Below are positions 1 to 9,158 of a stretch of 64,000 nucleotides of DNA, in pieces. Source of the DNA: Dehalococcoidia bacterium (GTDB lineage: Bacteria > Chloroflexota > Dehalococcoidia > Lucifugimonadales > JAGWBF01); contig CBDFGQ010000004.1 of NCBI GenBank assembly GCA_965247295.1, forward strand, positions 65,356-129,355. Direction: 5' to 3'. Each line of letters starts with the position of its first letter. The first letter of the stretch is position 1. The translations under genes and the position numbers were made by a program. The notes below the pieces were generated by a model. That model saw only the letters and a program-made list of their open reading frames with translations, was not told the DNA's origin and made no database searches.

Positions 1-1499
1 TCCAGGAACCGTCTCATGTGGGGCTCTACCTGGCTGACCAGGTCCCGGGCCTCCAGCTCAGCCGGACTCAGGGGCCGGTCCAGCGCGCCGTTGATCTCCT
101 TTAGCACGGCCTCCTTGTCCACGTGGGTCAGCTTTCCGTCACGCATGACCACGTCGCCGTCAATCATGACCGTGTCCACGTCCTGGCTCCGGCCCCTGTA
201 GACCAGGGCCTCGATGAGCCCGATCACGGGGTCGATGTAAGGGTACTCGATGTTCCGTAGATTGAGCAGCACCAGGTCCGCCCGCATCCCGGGGTCCAGG
301 GTGCCCACCTTGTCTCCGAACCAGGCGCAGTAGGCCCCGCCCTCGGTGCCCATCCGGAGCACGTCGTAGGGGGTGGGACAGACGTTGTCTATGCCGGGGA
401 TGTATTGCAGCCTGAGGACCAGCTTCATCTCCTGGAACATGTCCTTGTCGTCGTTGATGGTGGCCTCGTCGCTGCCCAGCCCGATCTTGACGCCCCTCTC
501 CAGCGCCTTCCCTATGGGGGCGATGCCGTTGTGGATGCGCAGGTTGGAGCTGGCGTTGTGGCAGATGTTGGTGCCCGTAGCGGCCATGAGCTCGATATCC
601 TCGTCGGTTATCCAGACGCTGTGGCCGCAGACGATCTCCCGGCCCAGGAATCCCAGGTCGTCGAGGTGCTGGAGGGGGGACTTGTTCCAGGCCCGGTCTC
701 CGTAGAACTTCTGGTATGGGCTTTCCTGGAGGTGAATGTGCATGCCCGTCTGGTACTTTGTGGCCATCTCCTTCAGCGCCACCAGCAGGTCGTCGGAGCA
801 CCGGTGGACGTTGTTGGGGGCCAGCGTGACCCGGATTCGCTCATACTGGTCGTTCCCGTACTTCTGGACGACCTCCTCCAGGGCCTGTATCCACTCTTTT
901 GTGGGGGCGTACCCCCGGGCCACGAACGAAGTAAATCGCTCCCCGAGCTCTCCCGGCATCGTGGCTGCGAAGTCCCGCTCATCGCCGGCAGGTCCAACTA
1001 TGTGGGCGTTCTGATTGGTGAAGATAGGCGCGTAAGAGACTCGCATGCCTATCTCCTGGTAGGCTTTGAGGGCCCTGTCGGCCACCTCCATCATATGGGA
1101 GGGGCGCTTCCCTAGTACCCCACCGTGGATCGCCTGGACGGTGGTGGTCCCGGTCTCGATCATCTGGATGGCACCGTACATCTGGTCCAGGTAGGGATCG
1201 ATGCTCCGCGCCCCCATTCTGCGCAGGGCCCTGAGCTCCTGGGTGTTGTCCAGCTGCCCCATCTGCAAGGGGGTAAGGCCCACGTGGAAATGGTCGTTCA
1301 CCAGGCCGGGCATCACCACGTAGTTGGGGGAGCCGATAACCTCTGCGTCGGGGTGCTGCGTCCGCAGGTCCTCGTACCTGCCCACCTCGATGATCTCGCC
1401 GTCACGCTGGAACACTGCCCCGTCGGAGACCACGTCCGCGGAGTCGGGCCCCGTGATCTTACGGATAACGTACTTCCCTCGTACCAGTGATGAGCGCAT
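1..1499 (-). CDS. Metal-dependent amidohydrolase (aminohydrolase/chlorohydrolase-like); C-terminus lies outside the window
   Basis: Own translation of the minus strand from ATG (1497-1499) with GGAGG upstream: MRSSLVRGKYVIRKITGPDS...PGLVNDHFHVG...GMHIHLQESPYQ...GLGSDEATINDD. Open to the window edge, so it is absent from the ORF track. Listed ORFs 160-1115 are frame shadows. Confidence 0.8.
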   Translation of the reverse strand, partial: MRSSLVRGKYVIRKITGPDSADVVSDGAVFQRDGEIIEVGRYEDLRTQHPDAEVIGSPNYVVMPGLVNDHFHVGLTPLQMGQLDNTQELRALRRMGARSIDPYLDQMYGAIQMIETGTTTVQAIHGGVLGKRPSHMMEVADRALKAYQEIGMRVSYAPIFTNQNAHIVGPAGDERDFAATMPGELGERFTSFVARGYAPTKEWIQALEEVVQKYGNDQYERIRVTLAPNNVHRCSDDLLVALKEMATKYQTGMHIHLQESPYQKFYGDRAWNKSPLQHLDDLGFLGREIVCGHSVWITDEDIELMAATGTNICHNASSNLRIHNGIAPIGKALERGVKIGLGSDEATINDDKDMFQEMKLVLRLQYIPGIDNVCPTPYDVLRMGTEGGAYCAWFGDKVGTLDPGMRADLVLLNLRNIEYPYIDPVIGLIEALVYRGRSQDVDTVMIDGDVVMRDGKLTHVDKEAVLKEINGALDRPLSPAELEARDLVSQVEPHMRRFL

Positions 1500-1798
1500 C
1501 GTTGCCTCCTTCTACAACGGCTTCTGGAATACAGCGGCCCCCGTAACTGAGCTAAGGGCTCCCGGCACCGACATCTGGCAGTAAGGGGAGACGATAGCCT
1601 GCGGCTGGGCATCAAGCGTTGCCTCGACGGTCTAGCGTAACACACGGGTTTCGGTGGGTTGCCAACGTGGATCGCCTTGGCTTCATCCGAGGAAGGGCGT
1701 AGGCCCGCCTCTAGGGCTCGCAGCTGTTACCGGTTTCCAAGTTGGTTCTTGCGAAAACTTCTTCGTGAATCCAGACTAGAACTTGAAGTGAATCCAGG

Positions 1799-2104
1799 CT
1801 AGTACTTGAACTCGATAATAATGTTCCTGAAGCGAACGTCGGTTTTATTGGTGACCTGGTGCTCCTCGTGGACGTCCCGAAACCTCCAGCTTCCAGGCCC
1901 AGACACATTCACCTCGGGCGCCCGGCCACCCTCCTCCAGAGTGGGGCTTCCGCCCTCGACGGTAACGGTCACATAGTCGTAATCGTGAATGTGCCAGTCG
2001 CTGGACTGCCCAGGCTCCAGCACCAGAGTCCATACGGTTATTCGGTCGTTCTCGAACAGCTTCTCGGTGGCAATCTCCCCCAGGGGCTGATTCCCTCTCG
2101 GCAT
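1799..2104 (-). CDS. Cupin-domain protein
   Basis: 101-aa ORF with cupin-like motifs (WTLVLEPGQSSDWHIHDYDYVTVTVEGG ... HEEHQVTN). Confidence 0.7.
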   Translation of the reverse strand: MPRGNQPLGEIATEKLFENDRITVWTLVLEPGQSSDWHIHDYDYVTVTVEGGSPTLEEGGRAPEVNVSGPGSWRFRDVHEEHQVTNKTDVRFRNIIIEFKY

Positions 2105-2331
2105 AACGGACCTCCTCCTAGGATCGCCTTCAGACCAAATTCCTAAGCTCTAGGCTAGGCTTACGGGCTGTGTCCGTCAAGCGCCCGTCCCGAGCAGGTG
2201 TTCAGGACAGGCACCAAATTTATAGCAAGCTGGAATTAACGCATCAAAAAGACTAATGGGCATGCTTCGGATGCCATGGCCGAATTTCCCTACCGGAATA
2301 AAGCTGCATTACCCAGTGGTACCCGCCCTGG

Positions 2332-3303
2332 TCAGCCGACCTTCACAAGCTTTTGCACCGACCGCAGCTGCTGGGAGTGGTCCACGAGACCGGCGTATCG
2401 CTGGCTCTGGGTCTCGCTGCGCGGACACTCGGCCACGTATATGTCTCCATGGGAGTCCACGGCGATGCCGTGGGGAGCGTAAAAGCTGCCTACCTGGCTT
2501 CCGAAGGTCTGCTCGCCCAGCCGCGCCAGAACGTTTCCCTTGGAGTCTAGAACGGATACCCGGGGGCCTATGCGCATGCCCGCCGCGTTAGTGGCGGAAC
2601 CCGAGAATAGCTCGCCCACGTAGACCAGCCCGTTAACACCCCGGTCCATACAGACACAGGTGGGCCTGGCGAAATTCACCCACTGGGTCTCGTACTTGCC
2701 GTTGGAATCGAATATCTGAACGCGCTTGTTCTGCCGGTCGGCAACGTAGACCCACCCGTCCCTGTCGGTCGCTATGCTATGGACCAGATTGAACTGGCCG
2801 GGGTCCGTGCCCGACTCTCCCCAAGAAAATAGGTGCTTCCCGTCGGGGGAGTATTTGTGGACCCTCGCGTTGCTGTAGCCGTCCGAGACGTACAGGTCTC
2901 CGGTCTTGGGGTCCAGGGCCACCTTCGTCGGGGAGTTGAAGGGCTCGCCGCTCATGGCAGGCGAAGGCTGCCCCGGGGTGCCGATGGTCATGAGGAGCTT
3001 CCCATCGGGGGTGAACTTCTGCACCACGTGCTTACCCTTGTCCGTGACGTAGACCGAACCATCCGGCCCTATCTGCGCCCCATGGGGGTTGGTGAAAATC
3101 CTCTCGTCCCCCCAGGTTCGGAGAACGTCGCCGTTCCGGTCGAGGACAATCACCTGGGGATGGCCGTGGCTGAAGACAAATAGGTTGTCCTGGGCGTCCA
3201 CGGCCACTGAGAGGGCATCGCTGCCGTAGCCCCAACCCTCGGGCAGGTTGCCCCAATCCTTTCCCGAGACCTCGTATGTGTACTTCCCCGTGCCGAGTTT
3301 CAT
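2332..3303 (-). CDS. NHL-repeat beta-propeller protein (peptidyl-alpha-hydroxyglycine lyase-like)
   Basis: Repeated NHL-type blades (PHGAQIGPDGSVYVTD, VHSIATDRDGWVYVADRQNKRVQIF, PHGIAVDSHGDIYVAE). The internal ATG at 3303 has GGAGGAG upstream and is preferred over the track start at 3348. Confidence 0.8.
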   Translation of the reverse strand: MKLGTGKYTYEVSGKDWGNLPEGWGYGSDALSVAVDAQDNLFVFSHGHPQVIVLDRNGDVLRTWGDERIFTNPHGAQIGPDGSVYVTDKGKHVVQKFTPDGKLLMTIGTPGQPSPAMSGEPFNSPTKVALDPKTGDLYVSDGYSNARVHKYSPDGKHLFSWGESGTDPGQFNLVHSIATDRDGWVYVADRQNKRVQIFDSNGKYETQWVNFARPTCVCMDRGVNGLVYVGELFSGSATNAAGMRIGPRVSVLDSKGNVLARLGEQTFGSQVGSFYAPHGIAVDSHGDIYVAECPRSETQSQRYAGLVDHSQQLRSVQKLVKVG

Positions 3304-3469
3304 GATCCGCTCCTCCAGCCGTGCCTCCCGGCGCAGATTCCCAGGCAATACTGCCCGTCCAGATGGGCTATCTATATTTTCGAGACCTTTTATTTACTAT
3401 CTACCCCTGAGCATCAAGTGCCCAGGTATTTATCGTTGCAGCTTCTATCTCAAGCTTGCAGCTGGTACC

Positions 3470-3525
3470 TAGTGCCGAGGGAGGGATTCGAATCCACACA
3501 CCCTTGACCGTAGCAGATTTTAAGT
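3470..3525 (-). repeat. Partial copy of the tRNA-Leu(UAA) 3' half (anticodon loop to 3' end); putative att site of an integrated element
   Basis: Hand alignment with 33417-33472 gives 50 of 56 identical, same orientation. Similarity ends at the 5' edge of the anticodon loop. No 5' half is present and CCA is replaced by CTA. Confidence 0.75.
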
Positions 3526-3815
3526 TGTACTCTCACCAACCTGTTCTATGTCATTGTATCTGGGGTGGTCTAATCCTGTCCACCAGTTTGCATCTGGACG
3601 GTATTTTCCCTCCCGGCCGGTGATGCCCGGTACCAAGGAGTCCCCGAACAATTTCTCCCAGCTATCGGGAATCTGGGGTAGGACCACGGGCCAGCTGCCT
3701 GAACTCATCCACGCGGCATTATCTCACCGTACTGAAGGGGAAGTAGGTCAGACACGAGACTCCCCCGATGCTATAATTGTCTTAACGACAACCTGCAGGA
3801 GTGGAGGGAGGGGAC

Positions 3816-4811
3816 ATGGCAGCAGGAGACGGCCGGCACCGTAAGCTCTACGTCGGCACGCACGACGAAGTCTGCGCATTGACTAGCTCGGATGGCGGAA
3901 GCACGTGGAAACAGGGGGAGACCACCCCCCTCACCCATGCGGCGGCCCGGCTCAGCGTCAGTGCCACGACTCCTCAGCGTGCCTATCTGGCCGCATACGA
4001 GTCGGGTGTCTATCGCACCGACGACGGGGGCCTGAGCTGGCAAAATCTCTCAACTTACCCCTCCGACTACGCCCACAGTGTGTTGGTACATCCCGAAGAT
4101 GCACAGCACGTGTACGTCGGCAGCGAGCCCGCCGCCTTGTTCCGGTCCGCCGATGGGGGTGAGACCTGGGAGGAGTGTGCCGGGTTCAGATCAGTACCTG
4201 AATCCAGCGACTGGTCCTTCCATGGAGTGCGCCTGTCGCACATACGGGACCTGCGCATGGCCCCCGACGACCCGGGATGCCTGTACGCAGGTATCGAGGT
4301 GGGAGGGGTAGTGCGCTCTCGCGACGGAGGGGATAGCTGGCAGCAGCTCCACGGTACAAACGACGACATCCATTTGGTCAATCTGAGCGGTGATAGGCCT
4401 GGAACCGTTTACATCGCTACCGCGGGCGGGCCCTATCGCAGCGATGACCAGGGCCAGAGCTGGGAGCTCATCAACAGCGGTCTCCAGCGCCAATATACCT
4501 TGCACATCTCCGCAGCTCCCGATAATGCCGACCTGGTGCTCGTGTCGGTTTCCACCAACGCAGGGCGTCAGAACCCCCAGTTCTACCGCTCCACGAATGG
4601 AGGTCGGGAATGGCGGCTAATAGGCTCGGTGGGATCGGATGATGACATGGTGGTTGCAATTGACTGGGACCCCAATGAGCCCCGCCGCGCTTATGCGGGT
4701 ACCGATGGAGGAAAGCTGTTCTGCAGTGAGGATAGGGGTGAGACCTGGGAGCCTCTGCCCGTCAGCCTCCCGTCCGTTGCCGTCAGCGCTATGGTAGTAG
4801 CGCCCTCTTAG
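3816..4811 (+). CDS. BNR/Asp-box repeat beta-propeller protein (glycosidase/Ycf48-like)
   Basis: Seven SxDxGxTW-type boxes (SSDGGSTW, TDDGGLSW, SADGGETW, SRDGGDSW, SDDQGQSW, STNGGREW, SEDRGETW). The ATG at 3816 is preceded by GGAGGGAGG. Confidence 0.8.
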   Translation: MAAGDGRHRKLYVGTHDEVCALTSSDGGSTWKQGETTPLTHAAARLSVSATTPQRAYLAAYESGVYRTDDGGLSWQNLSTYPSDYAHSVLVHPEDAQHVYVGSEPAALFRSADGGETWEECAGFRSVPESSDWSFHGVRLSHIRDLRMAPDDPGCLYAGIEVGGVVRSRDGGDSWQQLHGTNDDIHLVNLSGDRPGTVYIATAGGPYRSDDQGQSWELINSGLQRQYTLHISAAPDNADLVLVSVSTNAGRQNPQFYRSTNGGREWRLIGSVGSDDDMVVAIDWDPNEPRRAYAGTDGGKLFCSEDRGETWEPLPVSLPSVAVSAMVVAPS

Positions 4812-4865
4812 CGTCCGCTGAGAGCACGCTAGACTGGCCCCTTCACGGCCCGGCGGGCCTCCAAG

Positions 4866-5036
4866 TTCCAGTCCCCGCTCGATGATAGCCCTACGCTTGT
4901 CGTATTTCCGTTTTCCACGAGCCAGCCACAGCTCCACCTGCGCCATGTGATCTTTGATGTAAACTCGCAGGGCTACCAGGCTGAGGCCCGTCTCCGACGC
5001 GCTACGCGACACATACGCCAACCGGTCCATGTGCAC
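4866..5036 (-). pseudogene. smpB: C-terminal fragment of SsrA-binding protein SmpB
   Basis: DRLAYVSRSASETGLSLVALRVYIKDHMAQVELWLARGKRKYDKRRAIIER aligns with the SmpB C-terminus (E. coli ...[40 protein letters not shown]). There is an in-frame stop just upstream and no N-terminal two-thirds. The ORF then reads through antisense to the BNR gene. Confidence 0.55.
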
Positions 5037-5299
5037 CGTATATTACTCGATGCAATACTTTGTCGAGTCCACCCCTATCGTCCTGGCGACGGCCACGGTC
5101 CCTATGCAGAGAGCCTGACAACGCCGGGACGGGGGACGTCACGGGGCATAGGAAAAAACGTGACACACCTGGCGACATGAAGTACGATTATCACCATTAA
5201 CGTGACCAATCGTCGCAGTCTGCGCCAGATGTATGTGTCAGGAATCTCTGACACGGGGCACCTGGAGGTAGCGGTTCGGACGATCAAAGGAGGGACGGG

Positions 5300-6337
5300 A
5301 TGGCCATCAACCGCATAGTATCGCCGGTCCAGTGGGGCGAGTTGACAAGGTATGAAGAGATCGAGGTGGGAAGGGAGTTGGGGCCCATAGAGTGGACCTG
5401 TAACGCCGAGACGCTGGACCTTCTACTACACTGCTATGATCTGTGGCACGAGTGGTTCGTGGTCGACTCCCCCTTTGGAGGGCGCGTGCTTCCGCCCCCA
5501 GTGCTGGCTCAGGTCTTTATCTCCCTGAACCCCTATATTTTCCGTGCCGCGGCCGCCGGCCTAGAAGAGGAGTGCTTCGATGTGCTCCGACTGGACAAAA
5601 AGTACATCTTCAGCGGGAAGATCGCGGACAAGTTTATCAAGAGAGATAAGGAGTGGGTCCTCTTCGACCACGTCTGCACCGACGAAGATGGCCGGGTGGT
5701 GGTCAAGCACAAGAGCCTCTTGGCACTCTCTTTCATAACCAGGCAGCAGATGCAGAAACTCAATGTAGAGGCACCCGACGTCACGACGATCGATGTGCAG
5801 GAGGCCTATCCTTACGCTCCTCCGGTGCTGGAGCCCAAGATACCCGGTGAGTGGAAGAGGGGCCCTGAGATGCCCGTCTCACGAACAAGCTACGCCAACA
5901 AGGACATGCCCCTGGGAGCCGATTTGGTCCCGCAGTCCACCCAGTACACCTGGCGGCGCATGCGGGACTGGGAGCAGTACACCTACCACGAATTCATGCA
6001 GTGGCCCGAGTCGGCGGCTACCTACAATATCCATACCCATCCCGACGCGGCACACAAGTTTGGCCTGGCCGCTCCCAACATCGGGGCACCCCGCTACTCC
6101 GCCTTCGTGTCCCTCATGATGCTCAGCGCCTTAGGAGAGGGATGGCTGCGTGGGGGGGCATTCTCCTTTCGATTCGTCCGGCAGGTGGGTCTCTGGGACT
6201 TCATCACCGCCAAAGCGCGGCTGGTCAAGAAGGAATCAGAAGGTAACGCGGTCAGGCTGACTTTCGATACTTGGGTGGAGAACCAGCGGGGCGAGAAGGT
6301 CCTTGTGGGGCTCTCCAGCGGGTTGGTGCCTCTTTAA
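5300..6337 (+). CDS. MaoC-like double-hotdog (R)-hydratase (mesaconyl-/itaconyl-CoA hydratase-like)
   Basis: 345 aa. The C-terminal half has a MaoC-type motif (YNIHTHPDAAHKFGLAAPNIGAP). Size and architecture match double-hotdog hydratases. Operon-like with two CoA-transferases. Confidence 0.6.
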   Translation: MAINRIVSPVQWGELTRYEEIEVGRELGPIEWTCNAETLDLLLHCYDLWHEWFVVDSPFGGRVLPPPVLAQVFISLNPYIFRAAAAGLEEECFDVLRLDKKYIFSGKIADKFIKRDKEWVLFDHVCTDEDGRVVVKHKSLLALSFITRQQMQKLNVEAPDVTTIDVQEAYPYAPPVLEPKIPGEWKRGPEMPVSRTSYANKDMPLGADLVPQSTQYTWRRMRDWEQYTYHEFMQWPESAATYNIHTHPDAAHKFGLAAPNIGAPRYSAFVSLMMLSALGEGWLRGGAFSFRFVRQVGLWDFITAKARLVKKESEGNAVRLTFDTWVENQRGEKVLVGLSSGLVPL

Positions 6338-6364
6338 AAGGCGAAGGCATTCAGGGGGACCAGT

Positions 6365-7603
6365 ATGACACGGGAGGAAAGGCTCGCAGTGAAAGCTCCT
6401 CTTTCCGGGATCAGGGTAATTGAGGTAGGCAACTTTATCTCCGCACCATCTTGCGCAATGATCCTGGGGGAGCTGGGTGCCGAGGTGGTCAAGCTCGAAA
6501 CGCCTCGGGTGGGCGACGACTCGCGGTACTATGGCCCTTTCCAGAATGACGAGCCTGACAGAGAGAAGAGCGGTCTCTTCCTCTACTTAAACAGGAACAA
6601 ATTTGGGGCCACCCTGAACCTTGATACTGGCACAGGACGTGACCTCCTCAGCGATCTCGTCGGTATCTCCGATATCCTGATAGAGAACATCCCCGATCTG
6701 CCCGATGGCCAGCCGCAGCTGGAGTATGGCGACCTGGGCATCGTGAATCCCCAGCTCGTGATGCTCTCCATCAGTCCCTTCGGGAAGACAGGACCTCGCA
6801 GGCAGTGGAAGGCCGAGGATATCAATATCGCGGCCGCCAGCGGTTTCAGCGCTTCCATGGGCCTGCCGGAAAGAGAGCCCTTGGGATTTCCCGTGCCTAT
6901 GGCGGGGTTCAATGCTGGGCTATACGCGGCTGCGGCGGTGTTGACCGCCCTCTGTGTGCGCGATCTCCACGGGGAGGGACAGGCTATCGATGTTTCAGAA
7001 GTGGAAGCCCTGGCAACGCTCCACACTGGGGAAGAGGTCTTGATGTGGATGCATCAGTGGCGAGAGACCCGGAGGATGGGTCACCGTACGCTGACTACAT
7101 ACGGCTTCCCCAGCTGCAACCTGGGCTGTAAGGATGGCCAGGTTTTTGTGAACACAACGGGGCAAGACAATTGGCTGACGCTCATCGAGCTGATGGGCAA
7201 CCCTGATTGGACGCGGGAACCGAGGTTCCGGGATCTCATGAAGATCGACGAATCGGATTGGCCCGAGGGGGACCGTCACTTGGGGGCCTGGCTGGCGAAC
7301 TATACGAGGGACGAGCTGCTGGACCTGGAGATAGGCAGAAATCTTCGCGTTGGCATCGCGCCCGTCCGCGATATCGGTGAAGTCAGCCGTGACCCGTCTC
7401 TGGATGGGTTCTTCACGGGGATTCCCGGCGATGATGGACAAGCGGTGCGCTTTCCAGGCCTTGCATATCACTTCTCGAACTGGGCGCCGCCTCTATCCCG
7501 GCGGGCGCCCGGGCTTGGCGAGGATAACGTGTTGGTATTCTGCGAGTTGCTGGGTGTGCCCAGACATGAGCTGGTCAGGATGTACCAGGCAGGGGTTGTC
7601 TAG
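6365..7603 (+). CDS. Family III CoA-transferase (CaiB/BaiF type)
   Basis: N-terminus LSGIRVIEVGNFISAPSCAMILGELGAEVVKLETP is typical of CoA-transferase family III. Confidence 0.85.
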   Translation: MTREERLAVKAPLSGIRVIEVGNFISAPSCAMILGELGAEVVKLETPRVGDDSRYYGPFQNDEPDREKSGLFLYLNRNKFGATLNLDTGTGRDLLSDLVGISDILIENIPDLPDGQPQLEYGDLGIVNPQLVMLSISPFGKTGPRRQWKAEDINIAAASGFSASMGLPEREPLGFPVPMAGFNAGLYAAAAVLTALCVRDLHGEGQAIDVSEVEALATLHTGEEVLMWMHQWRETRRMGHRTLTTYGFPSCNLGCKDGQVFVNTTGQDNWLTLIELMGNPDWTREPRFRDLMKIDESDWPEGDRHLGAWLANYTRDELLDLEIGRNLRVGIAPVRDIGEVSRDPSLDGFFTGIPGDDGQAVRFPGLAYHFSNWAPPLSRRAPGLGEDNVLVFCELLGVPRHELVRMYQAGVV

Positions 7604-7604
7604 G

Positions 7605-8828
7605 ATGGAACCCACTAGAAACGGAGGGCTGGCGGATTACCGAGTGGTGGACCTAAGCCGTACTCTGGCTGGGCCAGTGCCCAGCATGTTCCTGGCGGAT
7701 ATGGGGGCCCAGGTAATTAAAGTCGAGACGAGGAGGTACCTCGACGCGATAAGGCGTGGGCGCCTTGTGGAGCCAGAACAGTCAGAGGTCGAGCAGCACC
7801 CACAAGCGCATAATGTCTGGCGTGGAAAACTGGGCATCACCCTTGACATAGCTCAACCTGAGGCCCGCTCCATCCTCAGTCGGCTTATAGGTGTAAGCGA
7901 CGTGGTCGTGGAGAGCTTTGGTCCGGGCGTCCTTCAAAGGCTGGGGCTCGGGTACGACAGATTGAGGGAGATAAAGCATGACATCATCCTAATGTCCTTA
8001 AAGACCTTTACCGCCAGCGGGCCGTTGCACGCGATCCGGGGCGGTGGCCCCACGGCCCACGCTTTGGGCGGCGTCAACAGCATTATCGGATACGAGGATG
8101 GGAAGGTCCTCTCCCTTGGGAGATATACCGCAGACCTTCTCACCGGGCTCCAGACCCTCATCGCCCTTTGCGCGGCCCTGCACCAGCGGAAGCTGGAGGG
8201 AACGGGTCAACACATCGAGGTCTGTCTGACAAAATCGTCCATCCTGGCCGCAACCGTCGCCTTCCTGGAATACTCTTTCACCGGTCGGACCCTAAAGCCA
8301 AGGGGTAATTTCGATCCCACCATGGCGCCCTACAACTACTTCCCCTGCCTGGGGGAGGACCAGTGGGTCTCGATCGCCGTGCGTACCGAGGAGCAGTGGC
8401 AGGGGCTATGTGAGGCTCTCGGCAATCCCGAATGGACGAGGGAAAAGATGTTCCGCGATAAGTATGACCGGCTCAAGAACCGGGAAGAGTTAGAGCGCCT
8501 GATCTCACCGTGGACCAGGGAACACACTGCAATGGAAGTAGCGGAGACATTACAGGCACTGGGCGTTCCCGCAGCCCCCCTTCTTAGAGCGCAGGACCGC
8601 TTTGCCGACCCTCATTTCCAGGCGCGAGGGCTCTACACCTGGGTGGACCATCCGGTCCTCGGCAGCGAGCCTCTTTTCAACACCATGTGGAAAATGAGCA
8701 AGACTCCTCCCCAGATCAGAGGGCCTGCGCCGCTACTCGGGCAGCACAACGATTACGTCTTCCGCGCGCTATTGGGCATGTCCGAGAAGGAGATAGACAG
8801 TCTCACGGAGACGGGAGTGCTCGGTTGA
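7605..8828 (+). CDS. Family III CoA-transferase (second paralogue)
   Basis: LADYRVVDLSRTLAGPVPSMFLADMGAQVIKVETRR. ATG at 7605, 2 nt after the stop of the upstream gene. The track ORF start at 7350 overlaps the previous gene and was rejected. Confidence 0.85.
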   Translation: MEPTRNGGLADYRVVDLSRTLAGPVPSMFLADMGAQVIKVETRRYLDAIRRGRLVEPEQSEVEQHPQAHNVWRGKLGITLDIAQPEARSILSRLIGVSDVVVESFGPGVLQRLGLGYDRLREIKHDIILMSLKTFTASGPLHAIRGGGPTAHALGGVNSIIGYEDGKVLSLGRYTADLLTGLQTLIALCAALHQRKLEGTGQHIEVCLTKSSILAATVAFLEYSFTGRTLKPRGNFDPTMAPYNYFPCLGEDQWVSIAVRTEEQWQGLCEALGNPEWTREKMFRDKYDRLKNREELERLISPWTREHTAMEVAETLQALGVPAAPLLRAQDRFADPHFQARGLYTWVDHPVLGSEPLFNTMWKMSKTPPQIRGPAPLLGQHNDYVFRALLGMSEKEIDSLTETGVLG

Positions 8829-9158
8829 AGGGGTGCTGCTATACATGCACATCATCAGGCTGAATACGGCATTGAAGGTATCGGGAGGCTCGGTCCTGAT
8901 GAAATCGTGGATCACCACCGACCACCCCAGCCATCAACCCTGTGGCTATGTATGACTTGAATTCACAGGACTCAGCGTCCGGATGCTCCTCCGGGACTGC
9001 GCCTGGCTGGTCCTAGTCAGGACGCTGTTCACTCCTTCGCTTCGCACGTCGTAAGACCTTATTGTTATCGGGGAGCCTGTCCACGTAATAATTGACGCGA
9101 TACAGTATGACTGTACATGCCGTCAAGCGCGTGGGTTAGTGAGAGGAGGCACACTGTC

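Noticed and set aside
160-1645. Several long track ORFs on both strands (160-801, 405-1115, 1125-1490, 1313-1645) with Arg/Gly/Pro-rich translations
   Set aside because: They are frame shadows of the real minus-strand amidohydrolase gene (1-1499), which the track omits because it runs off the window. Their composition is typical of wrong-frame reading of GC-rich coding DNA.
5037-5299. Search for a tmRNA (ssrA) gene next to the smpB fragment
   Set aside because: No GGGG...tRNA-Ala-like 5' end, no tag-reading-frame context and no T-arm/ACCA 3' end are visible on either strand.
7350-7604. Upstream extension of the second CoA-transferase ORF (track start 7350)
   Set aside because: The extension overlaps the 3' end of the first CoA-transferase in another frame and has shadow-like composition. 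The ATG at 7605 gives the canonical family N-terminus.
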